From an uncultured Verrucomicrobiae bacterium (GTDB taxonomy: Bacteria > Verrucomicrobiota > Verrucomicrobiia > Chthoniobacterales > UBA10450): DNA of 64,000 nucleotides. Positions 20,501 through 29,587 of the stretch are shown piece after piece. The stretch is from contig CAWDGJ010000002.1 in assembly GCA_963801815.1 (NCBI GenBank), forward strand, positions 640,001-704,000. The letters are read 5' to 3'. A program made the position numbers and the translations under genes. Under the pieces are notes generated by a model. That model was not told the origin of the DNA and ran no database searches. It saw only the letters and a program-made list of their open reading frames with translations. How positions within the stretch are numbered: position 1 is the stretch's first letter; every line of letters begins with the position of its first letter.

Positions 20501-23333
20501 CGACGTCATCGAAATGCAGGCCCGTCGTCGGCTCATCGAAGATAAATAAGTTTCCGCGATGCTCGCCATTCGTTTTTGCAGGCGAGACGCCTGCCGCCAC
20601 AGAAGACTCAGCCAAATGACGGACGAGCTTGAGGCGCTGCGATTCACCGCCGCTAAGCGTGTTCAAGGGTTGACCCAGCCGCAAATAGCCGAGACCGACT
20701 TCGTCCAAGACATCGAGCGGTTCCGACAAGGTTTTCGTCTCGCCGATCTTGGCGAAGAACTGAATCGCTTCCTGCACGGTGAGGTCGAGCAAATCGTGAA
20801 TCGACTTGCCGTGCAGCTTTATTTTGAGCACGTGCGGCTGGAACCGTTTCCCTTCGCACTCTGCGCAGCGCACATAAAGATCACTCAGAAATTGCATCTC
20901 GATCTTCTCGAATCCGGTGCCGGAGCAACGTTCGCAGCGGCCGCTGCCGGAATTGAAAGAGAACGCGCTGGCGGTCAGGCCTTGCGACATTGCTTCCGGC
21001 TGCGCGGCGAACATTTCGCGGACCCGATCGTAGAGACCGAGATAAAGAATCGGCGTGCTGCGCGGTGTGCGCGCAAGCGGGGATTGATCGACCATCACAA
21101 CCTGATCAATGCGGTGGGCGCCAGTGACGGATTTGCAGGCACCCACTTCTTGATCGGACGATTGGCCTTTGGCAACGAGCAAGTTCCGGTAAAGCACTTC
21201 GTGGATCAGCGTCGATTTGCCTGAACCGGAAACGCCGGTCACGCAGGTGAAAACGCCAAGAGGAAGATCGACGTCGATCTTCTTGAGATTGTGTTCGCGC
21301 GCGCCGGTGATCTTAATTGACACGCTCGATTTCCGTCGCGATTTCGGGGCCGGAATTTTTTTGCGACCACTCAGGTAATCGGCGGTCAGCGATTTGTTCT
21401 TGAACAACAGTTGATCGAGCGCTCCGTTGAACACGAGTTCGCCGCCGCGTTCGCCCCGGCCGGGCCCGATGTCGATCAAGTTGTCGGCCGCTCGAATGAT
21501 TTGTTCTTCGTGCTCGACCACAAGCAATGTATTGCCGCGGTCGCGCAAATTGTGCATAACGCGGACGAGTCGTCCAATGTCGCGCGGATGAAGCCCGATG
21601 CTCGGCTCGTCCATGACGAACAGCGTGTTGACCAGCGATGCACCGAGACAGGTGGTAAGATTCACGCGTTGAACTTCGCCGCCGCTCAAGGTGCGCGTGG
21701 AACGATCGAGGGTGAGATAACCGACACCGACCTCGCAAAGATAATTGAGACGCGCGCAAATCTCGTCGCGCAACATCTGCGCAGTCGAATCATTTTGCTG
21801 GATGCCGATTTTTCCGAGTAAATTGCGCGCGTTCGAGATCGGGAGAGCGGCGAAATCGGGAAGAGTGAGAAGGATCGCGGATCGCGGATTGGGGATCGCG
21901 GAGAGTTTGTAGTTCAGCGCTTCAGGTTGAAAACGGCCCCCGTGGCAGCTCGGACACGTCGTGTAGGAGCGATACCGGCTGAGGAGAACGCGCATGTGCA
22001 TCTTGTAAACCTGCGATTCTGCCCATCGGAAAAATCCACGCACGCCGTACCAGCGGTCATTTTCATAATCGTCGTCGCTGTAACTCTCTCCTCGTTCCCG
22101 CGCAGTGGCGACCGACCTCTCGCCATTGATAACGAAATCCTGATCCGTTTTCGGCAATTCTTCGAACGGCACATCAATATCAACCTCTTCCCGGGCGCAG
22201 GCCCGGAGCAGATCTTTTTGCGATTCGCCAAACTCCTGACCACGAAAAACACGGACCACGCCCTGTTTGATCGACAACGAGCGATCGGGAATCGCCTTAT
22301 TTAGGTCGATAGTGATCGTTCGTCCGAAACCGCGGCATTCCGGACAAGCACCAAGCGGACTATTGAAACTGAAAAGTCCAGGCGACGGCGGACGAATATC
22401 GATATCGCAATGCGCGCAGTGCCAACCCACGGAAAAAGGATGAGGGTTGAGGGATGAAGGCTGAGAGGCGGAATCAATTGGGATGATGTTAACTTTCCCT
22501 TTGCCAAAGCGCAGAGCCGTCTCCAGCGCTTCGACCAGACGCGCGCGATTTTCGGAAGTGATCGCGATCCGATCCTGAATGACTTGAACCCGCGCCCCGA
22601 GCCGTTTGATTTTTTTCGAGTCGTCATCGACCCGCACGACTTCATCGTCGATCCAGACCCGGAGGTAACCTTGTTGCTGGAGAAATTCGAAAAACTTTTG
22701 GGGATCGGTTTTGGCCGGAACGGCAATCCAGAAAGTAACGAGAACCGTTGCCGGTCGTTGTTTCTTGTCATCCTGAGCGGAGCGAAGCGGAGTCGAAGGA
22801 TCTCTGGATTTCTCTGAAATAGTCAGAGATTCTTCGCTGCGCTCAGAATGACAGGCTGAGAATAGTGAGACAACTTGATCGGCAATCGACTTTGCGGTTT
22901 CGGACCGGATCTCGCGGCCGCAGTTCGGGCAAAGCGCTTTGGCGATCCGCGGCCAGAGCAATTTCAAGTAATCGTTGATCTCCGTCATCGTGCCGACGGT
23001 CGAGCGCGATGTCTTCACCGGGTTCGATTGCTCGATCGCGATAGCCGGCGGGATTCCACGAATGTCGTCGACGCGCGGCTTGTCCATGCGGTCGAGGAAT
23101 TGCCGCATGTAAGGCGAAAACGTTTCGACGTAACGGCGCTGGCCTTCGGCGTAGATGGTCTCGAACGCGAGCGAGGATTTGCCGGAACCGCTCGGCCCCG
23201 TGACGACGGTCAATTTCCCGAGCGGAAGATCGACATCGACGCCTTTAAGATTGTTCTGACGCGCCCCTCGAACCTCAATGCAGTCCGTCGCGCCGGCTTT
23301 CGCGCGTTTTTTTTGAGCGATCTTCGAACCCAC
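17537..23333 (-). CDS. uvrA: Double-length (tandem-fused) excinuclease ABC subunit A, ~1930 aa; indel near 18820
   Basis: Four Walker A motifs ([36 protein letters not shown]), four LSGGE signatures, CxxC zinc fingers. Confidence 0.93.
20239..20288. repeat. REP-like double hairpin translated in-frame in the linker between the two UvrA halves
   Basis: TTCGTGGCG-AGG-CGCCACGAA then GCACGCGAGGCGCGCGCGCTCCCC; encodes [16 protein letters not shown]. Confidence 0.75.
20577..20602. repeat. REP-like palindrome inside uvrA
   Basis: GCAGGCG-AGA-CGCCTGCCGCCACA; encodes SVAAGVSPA; related intergenic copy at 26508-26531. Confidence 0.75.
21872..21906. repeat. Heptamer tandem repeat inside uvrA
   Basis: GGATCGC GGATCGC GGATTGG GGATCGC GGAGAGT; encodes [12 protein letters not shown]. 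Confidence 0.75.
22439..22466. repeat. Heptamer tandem repeat inside uvrA
   Basis: GATGAGG GTTGAGG GATGAAG GCTGAGA; encodes [10 protein letters not shown]. Confidence 0.7.
22766..22853. repeat. 88-bp palindromic miniature element in-frame in uvrA
   Basis: Terminal IRs TGTCATCCTGAGCG / CGCTCAGAATGACA, inner IRs GAAGGATCTCTG / CAGAGATTCTTC; encodes [29 protein letters not shown]. Confidence 0.88.
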
Positions 23334-23451
23334 TGGAGATTATCGGTGCGCGTCAAACGCGATGCAACTTCGGTGCAACGTAATTGGACCAATCGATCGC
23401 GCCCCAACCTGGTGACTCTTCGGGTCAATTACCTACGCCAAACTCGGCGGA

Positions 23452-23595
23452 CTAAGGGCTTTGGGTGAACGTCGCGGTTTCGGTAATGGGGCCGTTCATT
23501 GTGATCGATCCCATCTTCGTTGTGCCCGAGAAGGAACCGCTGCCAGTGCCAGCCCAATTACTGAAAGTAAAGCCAGTCGATGTAGTTGCGTTGAT
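23452..23595 (-). pseudogene. Orphan fragment resembling an InlB B-repeat-like surface-protein domain
   Basis: INATTSTGFTFSNWAGTGSGSFSGTTKMGSITMNGPITETATFTQSP*; no own start codon. Confidence 0.65.
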
Positions 23596-23613
23596 CGCTC
23601 GATGGGATCGACG

Positions 23614-25425
23614 CTATTTTGCGAATTTTTCGGCAAGCCTGTCGTGTTGGGCGAGCAGTTCGCGCGGCATGTCTTTGCCCAGCGAGTCGAAGAATTTCTG
23701 CTCCGCCTCGAGCTCCCATCTCCACTCGTCAGGCTTGATCGTGAACAATGCGCGCATCGTTTCGCGCGTGACATCGAGCTCGGCGAGGTCGAAGTCCTCC
23801 GGTCGCGGGATCGTGCCGACCTCAGTTTCGGCGCCGCCGCCATGCCCCTCGCAGCGATCGAGGATCCATTTCAAGACGCGCATGTTTTCGCCGAATCCGG
23901 GCCACAAAAATTTTCCGTCAGCGCCTTTGCGGAACCAGTTCACATGAAAAATGAGCGGCGGATTGGTGAGACGCGGACCAATCTCGAGCCAATGCTGAAA
24001 ATATTGGCCCATGTTGTAGCCGCAGAACGGCAACATCGCCATCGGATCGCGGCGCACCTGACCGACGGCGCCAGCTGCGGCCGCGGTCGTTTCCGAACCC
24101 ATGGTGGCGCCGACGTAGTCGCCGTGCTCCCAATCGCGCGCTTGAAAAACGAGCGGCATGGTGTCGCTGCGGCGTCCGCCGAAAATGATCGCACTGATCG
24201 GAACGCCTTCGCCTTTCTCGAAATCGGGATCGAGCACCGGGATTGTTGCGGCACGGCGCGGTGAATCGCGAATTTGGGATGCGCCGCTTTTTCTTTTGAA
24301 TCCGGCGTCCAGTCGTTCCCGCGCCAATCGATGGCGTGTTTCGGCGGCGGACCGTCCTTGCCTTCCCACCAAACGTCGCCGTCATCGGTCAGCGCGACGT
24401 TGGTGTAAAGCGTGTCGCTGCGCGATCGTCTTCATCGCGTTCGGATTCGATTTGTAATTCGTCCCGGGCACCACACCGAAGTAACCGTTCTCCGGATTGA
24501 CCGCGTACAAGCGGCCATCGCGGATCTGCATCCAGGCGATGTCGTCGCCGACGGTGGTGACTTTCCAGCCGGCAAAATGTTTTGGCGGAATCAGCATCGC
24601 AAAATTGGTCTTGCCGCAGGCGCTGGGAAACGCCGCCGCGACGTAATGTTTTTTCCCTTCGGGCGATTCGACTCCGAGGATCAACATGTGCTCGGCCATC
24701 CAGCCCTGCTTGCGTCGCGAGATAAGAGCCGATGCGAAGCGCGAGACATTTCTTGCTCAGCAAAACGTTGCCGCCGTAACCGGAGCCGACCGAAATGATC
24801 GTGTTGTCCTGCGGAAAATGGCAGATGAAACGACGCTGCCGGATTGACATCTAATAGATGAGTGCACGCCGCGGTTCCACTCCGCTTTCGGATCGTTCCC
24901 AAGCCGCTTGACTGCGACCTCGCCCATGCGGGTCATGATTCGCATGCTGAGCACGACGTAAATCGAATCGGTGATTTCAAATCCGACCTTGGTCAGCGGC
25001 GAATCGGGCGGGCCCATGATGTAGGGAATGACGAACATGGTGCGTCCGCGCATCGCGCCTTTTAGCAGTCCGTGTAAGTTTCGAATACGTCTCAGCCGGT
25101 TCGCTCCAGTTGTTGGTTGGCCCGGCTTCTTCCTTGGTCGGGGTGCAGATGAAAGTGAATTGTTCGACCCGCGCGACGTCGTTCGGATTCGAGCGATGCA
25201 AGTAAGAGCGCGGAACTTTCTGCTCGTTCAGTTTGAACAAGACTCCCTGCTTCATGCCTGGTCGAGCAGGAACTGGTGTTCGCGCTCGGACCCGTCGCAC
25301 CAGAAAATGTTTTCCGGTTTGGCGAGCAGCTCGACTTCGTGCACCCAATCGAGCACGGCCTGGTTTTGCGGCTGGCGGTCGCCGATTCCTTGCGGCGGCG
25401 AAATGGCGGGTGCGAGATTTTTCAT
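23614..25425 (-). CDS. pckG: Phosphoenolpyruvate carboxykinase (GTP); several indels
   Basis: [69 protein letters not shown] across frames. Confidence 0.93.
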
Positions 25426-25609
25426 GACTACTCGGCTCGACCTTGCAGGGTATCGTCCTGCTGGATCGAGCGAGTGACGAATTTCCTCCGGTTCGGGCCG
25501 TTCTCCAAGAAATTTTTCGTCCGAGATAGGAGCCGCATCAGCGTTGGACTGGCAGCTTAAAGATTCAATGAGTCTTGCACATGGAATGCTGCGGTTGTCT
25601 ATTTGTAAC

Positions 25610-26455
25610 ATGTTCGGGGTCACTACCTCTGATGACTACCGGCCGGTGACGTGGATGGGGCGTTACCCGGTTGATGTGACGACGATCTTGGTCGGGGTGC
25701 ACGTGGCCTGCGCCATCCTTACGGCCTTCTTGTTTGCGATCGGGAACGCTGGCGTTCTGAACTACGCGATGTTCGATAGCATGGAGGTCTTGCGCGGACA
25801 AATCTGGCGCCTCGTTACTTACGCCTTCATTCATCAGCCAGCCGGATACGCCCTGCTCTGGTTCGCGGTCGAAATGTACATGCTGTTTTTCTTCGGGCGC
25901 GAGGTGGAGCGGTTCATTGGCCGTCGAGCCTACATCTGGCTTTACCTGCTCTTGCTGATCGTGCCGGCGCTCATCCTGGCGGCATGGGGGCTGAAAATGC
26001 GCACGGGCCTCTCGGGTTCCGGAGCGCTCCACTTCGCCGTGTTCGCCGCGTTCGTGACCCTTTATCCAAACGTTCAATTCTTTCTCCGAATCGCGGCCAA
26101 ATGGGTCTTCGTCATTCTCGCGGCGATCGCTACCTTGAGCGCACTGGCGGCGCACGATTGGCAGGATCTCCTGGTGCTTTGCGCAAGTTGCACACTGGCG
26201 TTCATCTTCATCGAATTCCGCGGCGCCGGCCCGGAGTTAGCATGGGTCAGCAACCTTAAATCGCGGCTGCGGCCGAAACCGAAACTGTACGTTGTGCAGA
26301 AGCCGACACCGCGCCGCGTGGTCGAACCTGACGATGTCTATGCCTCGATCGATCCAATCCTGGACAAGATTTCCAAGTCCGGTATGGGCAGTTTGAACGA
26401 GACGGAGCGAAAAATTCTCGAGCGCGCCCGAAACCGTTTGTTGAAGAAGGATTAG
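25610..26455 (+). CDS. Rhomboid-family membrane protein with C-terminal soluble domain
   Basis: GQIWRLVTYAFIH, multiple TMs, C-terminal IDPILDKISKSGMGSL. Confidence 0.85.
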   Translation: MFGVTTSDDYRPVTWMGRYPVDVTTILVGVHVACAILTAFLFAIGNAGVLNYAMFDSMEVLRGQIWRLVTYAFIHQPAGYALLWFAVEMYMLFFFGREVERFIGRRAYIWLYLLLLIVPALILAAWGLKMRTGLSGSGALHFAVFAAFVTLYPNVQFFLRIAAKWVFVILAAIATLSALAAHDWQDLLVLCASCTLAFIFIEFRGAGPELAWVSNLKSRLRPKPKLYVVQKPTPRRVVEPDDVYASIDPILDKISKSGMGSLNETERKILERARNRLLKKD

Positions 26456-26464
26456 AAAACGTTG

Positions 26465-26531
26465 GTAGGGCAAGCGAACGCCGCAACGATTTGGCCGCTC
26501 TAAAATTGGCAGGCGAGGCACCTGCCTTACA
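26465..26531. repeat. GTAG-type REP pair between convergent genes
   Basis: GTAGGGCAAGCG ... GGCAGGCGAGGCACCTGCCTTACA. Confidence 0.65.
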
Positions 26532-26535
26532 ATTT

Positions 26536-26997
26536 TCAGATTGAAGGCATACCGAGAAGCGTCGCCACAAATTCATCCACGCTCTCGGAATGGAGCAGAA
26601 GTGTTCGCAACGGCCGATCCCTGGTGATGCGAGCAATCGCGCCGACGACAACGAGGTAATCGCTGATTAATCGTTCCGGCACGGCGATCAGGAAAATCAG
26701 GTACGCGATTTCCCCTTTGCCGCTCCACGGAACTCCTGCCTCGCTTCGGCCAATCGCCAGGACAATTTCGTCCACGAGTTTGCTGCGTGCGTGCGGAAAC
26801 GCGACTCCGTCGGCGGCATAAGTTGAATTCACGTCTTCTCGCGCATGCAGTTCCTCCAAAAACTTTGTCGCATTGCCGATCTTCCCGGCGGCTACGAGCA
26901 AGTCGACAAGCTCACGCAGCGCGTCCGACTGAGTGCGGGCAGAAAGATTGAGCGCGATTTGGTTCCGATCGATGAGGTCAGTCAGGACAATAGCCAT
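26536..26997 (-). CDS. PTS EIIA (Ntr/fructose-type) domain protein
   Basis: ARE...ST...GVAFPHAR with phosphoacceptor His, LIFLI. Confidence 0.9.
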   Translation of the reverse strand: MAIVLTDLIDRNQIALNLSARTQSDALRELVDLLVAAGKIGNATKFLEELHAREDVNSTYAADGVAFPHARSKLVDEIVLAIGRSEAGVPWSGKGEIAYLIFLIAVPERLISDYLVVVGAIARITRDRPLRTLLLHSESVDEFVATLLGMPSI

Positions 26998-27065
26998 GGA
27001 ACGGTAAGGAATACTAAGCAGGAAATGTTGGATTCTGTGTCAGTTATCCAGTTAATTGATCGGTC

Positions 27066-27788
27066 GTGCCAACTGAAAACGGCGTCCCGGCCGCAACAAC
27101 CCAGGAAAGGACCGTCTCGCTCCAGCGCAGTATTTACGACCCCGGATACGTAAATGCGATGTCGCATTTTTATCGTGGCGAAATGAACCGGATCATGGTC
27201 TGGCGACAACGTCTCGACATCACAACGAACTGGGCGATCACCAGCAGCACCGCGATCATCACCATCGCGTTTGCGAACGCGTCAGTGCCGCACATCATTT
27301 TCTTTTTCAATCTCGCCATCGTGTGGGTGATGCTCTGGATCGAGGCGCGCCGCTACCGTTTCTACGACGCTTTCCGCGCACGCATCCGGATGCTGGAAGC
27401 GCATTTTCTCGTCCCGATGGTAATGGAAAACCGCGATCTCCTGCAGGGCGAGTGGAAGAAACTCGTCTGCGAAGATTTGATTCTGCCCTGTTTCAAGATC
27501 AGCAAGCTGGAAGCGATCGGCCGCCGGTTGAAACGGAATTACGTTTTCATTTTCATTCTCATTTTGGTGGCATGGATCACAAAGATCTTTCTTCACGCAC
27601 CGATGGCTATGGACAGCTTACCGTCGTTTTACAACGCGCTGCGGGTAGGCCATATCCCATCGTGGTTGGTCGCGTTCGTCTTCGTCGGGACATTCGCCAG
27701 CATCATTGGAATCACGATTTACGTGAGCAAGAAATCCTCCGGCGAAATCTCTGAATTCGGAACACACCGCTCGCTCTGGCACATTTGA
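27066..27788 (+). CDS. DUF2270-like membrane protein
   Basis: HFYRGEM, WRQRLDITTNWA, IEARRYR, RRLKRNY. Confidence 0.85.
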   Translation: MPTENGVPAATTQERTVSLQRSIYDPGYVNAMSHFYRGEMNRIMVWRQRLDITTNWAITSSTAIITIAFANASVPHIIFFFNLAIVWVMLWIEARRYRFYDAFRARIRMLEAHFLVPMVMENRDLLQGEWKKLVCEDLILPCFKISKLEAIGRRLKRNYVFIFILILVAWITKIFLHAPMAMDSLPSFYNALRVGHIPSWLVAFVFVGTFASIIGITIYVSKKSSGEISEFGTHRSLWHI

Positions 27789-27792
27789 AGAA

Positions 27793-27870
27793 GTTGATAG
27801 TTGTTGGTTGAGAGTTGATAGAAATGCGCGATGCGGACCGCTATCGACTATCAACAATTGACTAACAGCT
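27793..27870. repeat. Inverted heptamer array overlapping the mazG start
   Basis: GTTGATA GTTGTTG GTTGAGA GTTGATA ... CTATCGA CTATCAA CAATTGA CTAACAG. Confidence 0.75.
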
Positions 27871-28634
27871 TTGCCAAACTTTGCGAGATCGTCGCGAAGT
27901 TACGCGCGCCTGGCGGTTGTCCGTGGGACCGGGAACAGACAAACGAATCACTATTGCCAGCGACCATCGAAGAGGCCTATGAAGTCGCCGAAGCGGCACG
28001 GGCAAAGGACGACGCGCATTTTCGTGAAGAGCTGGGCGATCTTCTGCTGTTGGGGGTGATGCACGCCGAGATCGCGAACGAAGCCGGGCGATTCAGCATC
28101 GACAATGTGATTAGCGAAGTTACCGAGAAACTGATCCGCCGGCATCCGCACGTTTTTGGGAGCAGCGACGCCCGTGACAGCGGCGCAGTCTTGAAACAAT
28201 GGGAAGCAATCAAGCGCGAAGAGAAAAAGACAGATACGCATTATCTTGCGAGTCTGCCGAAAGCGTTGCCCGCGCTTCAGCGCGCGCAAAAAGCACAGAG
28301 CAAAGTCGCACGCGTTAATTTCGACTGGACCGAACTCGGCGACGTTATCGCGAAAGTAGAGGAGGAGTTGGGCGAGCTGAAACGGGCGATCAAAAGCGAA
28401 GATCGACAAGCGATTGAAGATGAAACCGGCGACCTGCTGTTCGCGGTGGTGAATCTCAGCCGCAAATGCAAACTCGACGCCGAATCCACTCTCCAAGCCG
28501 CGACCGACAAGTTCGTTCGCCGGTTTAACCTGTTGGAAGATGAGCTAAAAGCTCGCGGGAAAAAACTCGGCGACGTCGGTCTTGCCGAGCTGGACTCGAT
28601 TTGGAACGAGCTAAAGAAAGATACTCGATCGTAG
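27831..28634 (+). CDS. mazG: Nucleoside triphosphate pyrophosphohydrolase
   Basis: LRAPGGCPWDREQT, EEAYE, EELGDLL, KLIRRHPHVF, second MazG domain. Confidence 0.95.
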   Translation: MRTAIDYQQLTNSFAKLCEIVAKLRAPGGCPWDREQTNESLLPATIEEAYEVAEAARAKDDAHFREELGDLLLLGVMHAEIANEAGRFSIDNVISEVTEKLIRRHPHVFGSSDARDSGAVLKQWEAIKREEKKTDTHYLASLPKALPALQRAQKAQSKVARVNFDWTELGDVIAKVEEELGELKRAIKSEDRQAIEDETGDLLFAVVNLSRKCKLDAESTLQAATDKFVRRFNLLEDELKARGKKLGDVGLAELDSIWNELKKDTRS

Positions 28635-28732
28635 ATCCTTGATGCTCGATTCCGACCCAGTCCCAAGGAGCCGGCATCTTTGGCGAAGCACGTTTGCTTC
28701 CGCCCCCGATCGCGGCATATTCCCCGTCCCCG

Positions 28733-29176
28733 ATGCAAATCCTGATCAACTGCCTGCTGGCGATTTACGTTCTGGTCGCGCTGCTGATGATCCTCGTGAT
28801 CTTGATGCAGCGCCCCAAGAGCGAAGGACTTGGCGCGGCGTTTGGTGGCGGCATGACCGAAAATATCTTCGGTGCTCAGACCACGAACGTTCTGGTCAAG
28901 TTTACCTCGTGGCTAACCGGGATTTTCTTCATCCTTACCTTTGTCTTGTCGATCTTTTATGCGCACAGGACAAGCCGTGACACCGGACTTCGCAACGAAT
29001 TGCTGAGACAGCAAACGACGGCACAACCATCGGCGTCACTGCCGCCAGTGAATCCAAATGCGCCGGCAGTCCCGGCACCGGGCGCACCAGTTTTGCCACA
29101 AGCGGGAGCTTCGCCGGCAACGACACCACCGATTGTTCCATCGCCTACACCGGCGCCTTCCAAGCCTAAGCGATAA
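28733..29176 (+). CDS. secG: Preprotein translocase subunit SecG with Pro-rich tail
   Basis: ILMQRPKSEGLGAAFGGG, FGAQT; two TMs. Confidence 0.92.
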   Translation: MQILINCLLAIYVLVALLMILVILMQRPKSEGLGAAFGGGMTENIFGAQTTNVLVKFTSWLTGIFFILTFVLSIFYAHRTSRDTGLRNELLRQQTTAQPSASLPPVNPNAPAVPAPGAPVLPQAGASPATTPPIVPSPTPAPSKPKR

Positions 29177-29449
29177 GTGCTCTGTGGCCTCATCGTCGCG
29201 GTTGCCCAGCCCTTGGCAATTGTCGATTCGCGCGCAGAACAACGGAGCATTCATCGATCTGCTCGTGCGGAAAATGCCAGGCCGTCGAAGTCCACCCTCG
29301 CTTACATGCTGGACGGCGTCGCTCGGGCCTAACTGCTAAACGCTAACTCGAAGCGCCGACGATTCACTCGGCAGGGGTGGTCTTGGGAGATGGCGATTGA
29401 CGTGCAGTTCCGAAATTGGCTCCTGCCCGCTAAATTTCCCCTGCGCGAG

Positions 29450-29503
29450 TTCACGCAATTGTTACTTCGCCGTCATCAGACCGTAACATTCACTTTCTAG
29501 CTT
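29450..29503 (+). promoter_or_regulatory. Pho-box-like array (four 11-bp repeats) and -10-like TAGCTT upstream of porin
   Basis: TTCAC(29450), GTTAC(29461), GTCAT(29472), GTAAC(29483) at exact 11-bp spacing. Confidence 0.7.
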
Positions 29504-29587
29504 CTGCGCGTTGCGAGGAGGGCGGAGGCGGACGGCGCTCAAATCGCGATCTAACTCCGCGGCGAATGCCGCAACCTAAAAAAAATT

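Noticed and set aside
19164..23468. Long plus-strand ORFs opposite uvrA (and similar shadows opposite ppk1, phoU, nrdJ)
   Set aside because: Antisense shadow ORFs typical of GC-rich coding DNA, with no recognisable motifs
29177..29449. Possible gene or ncRNA between secG and the porin promoter
   Set aside because: Short ORFs without recognisable features and no convincing RNA structure
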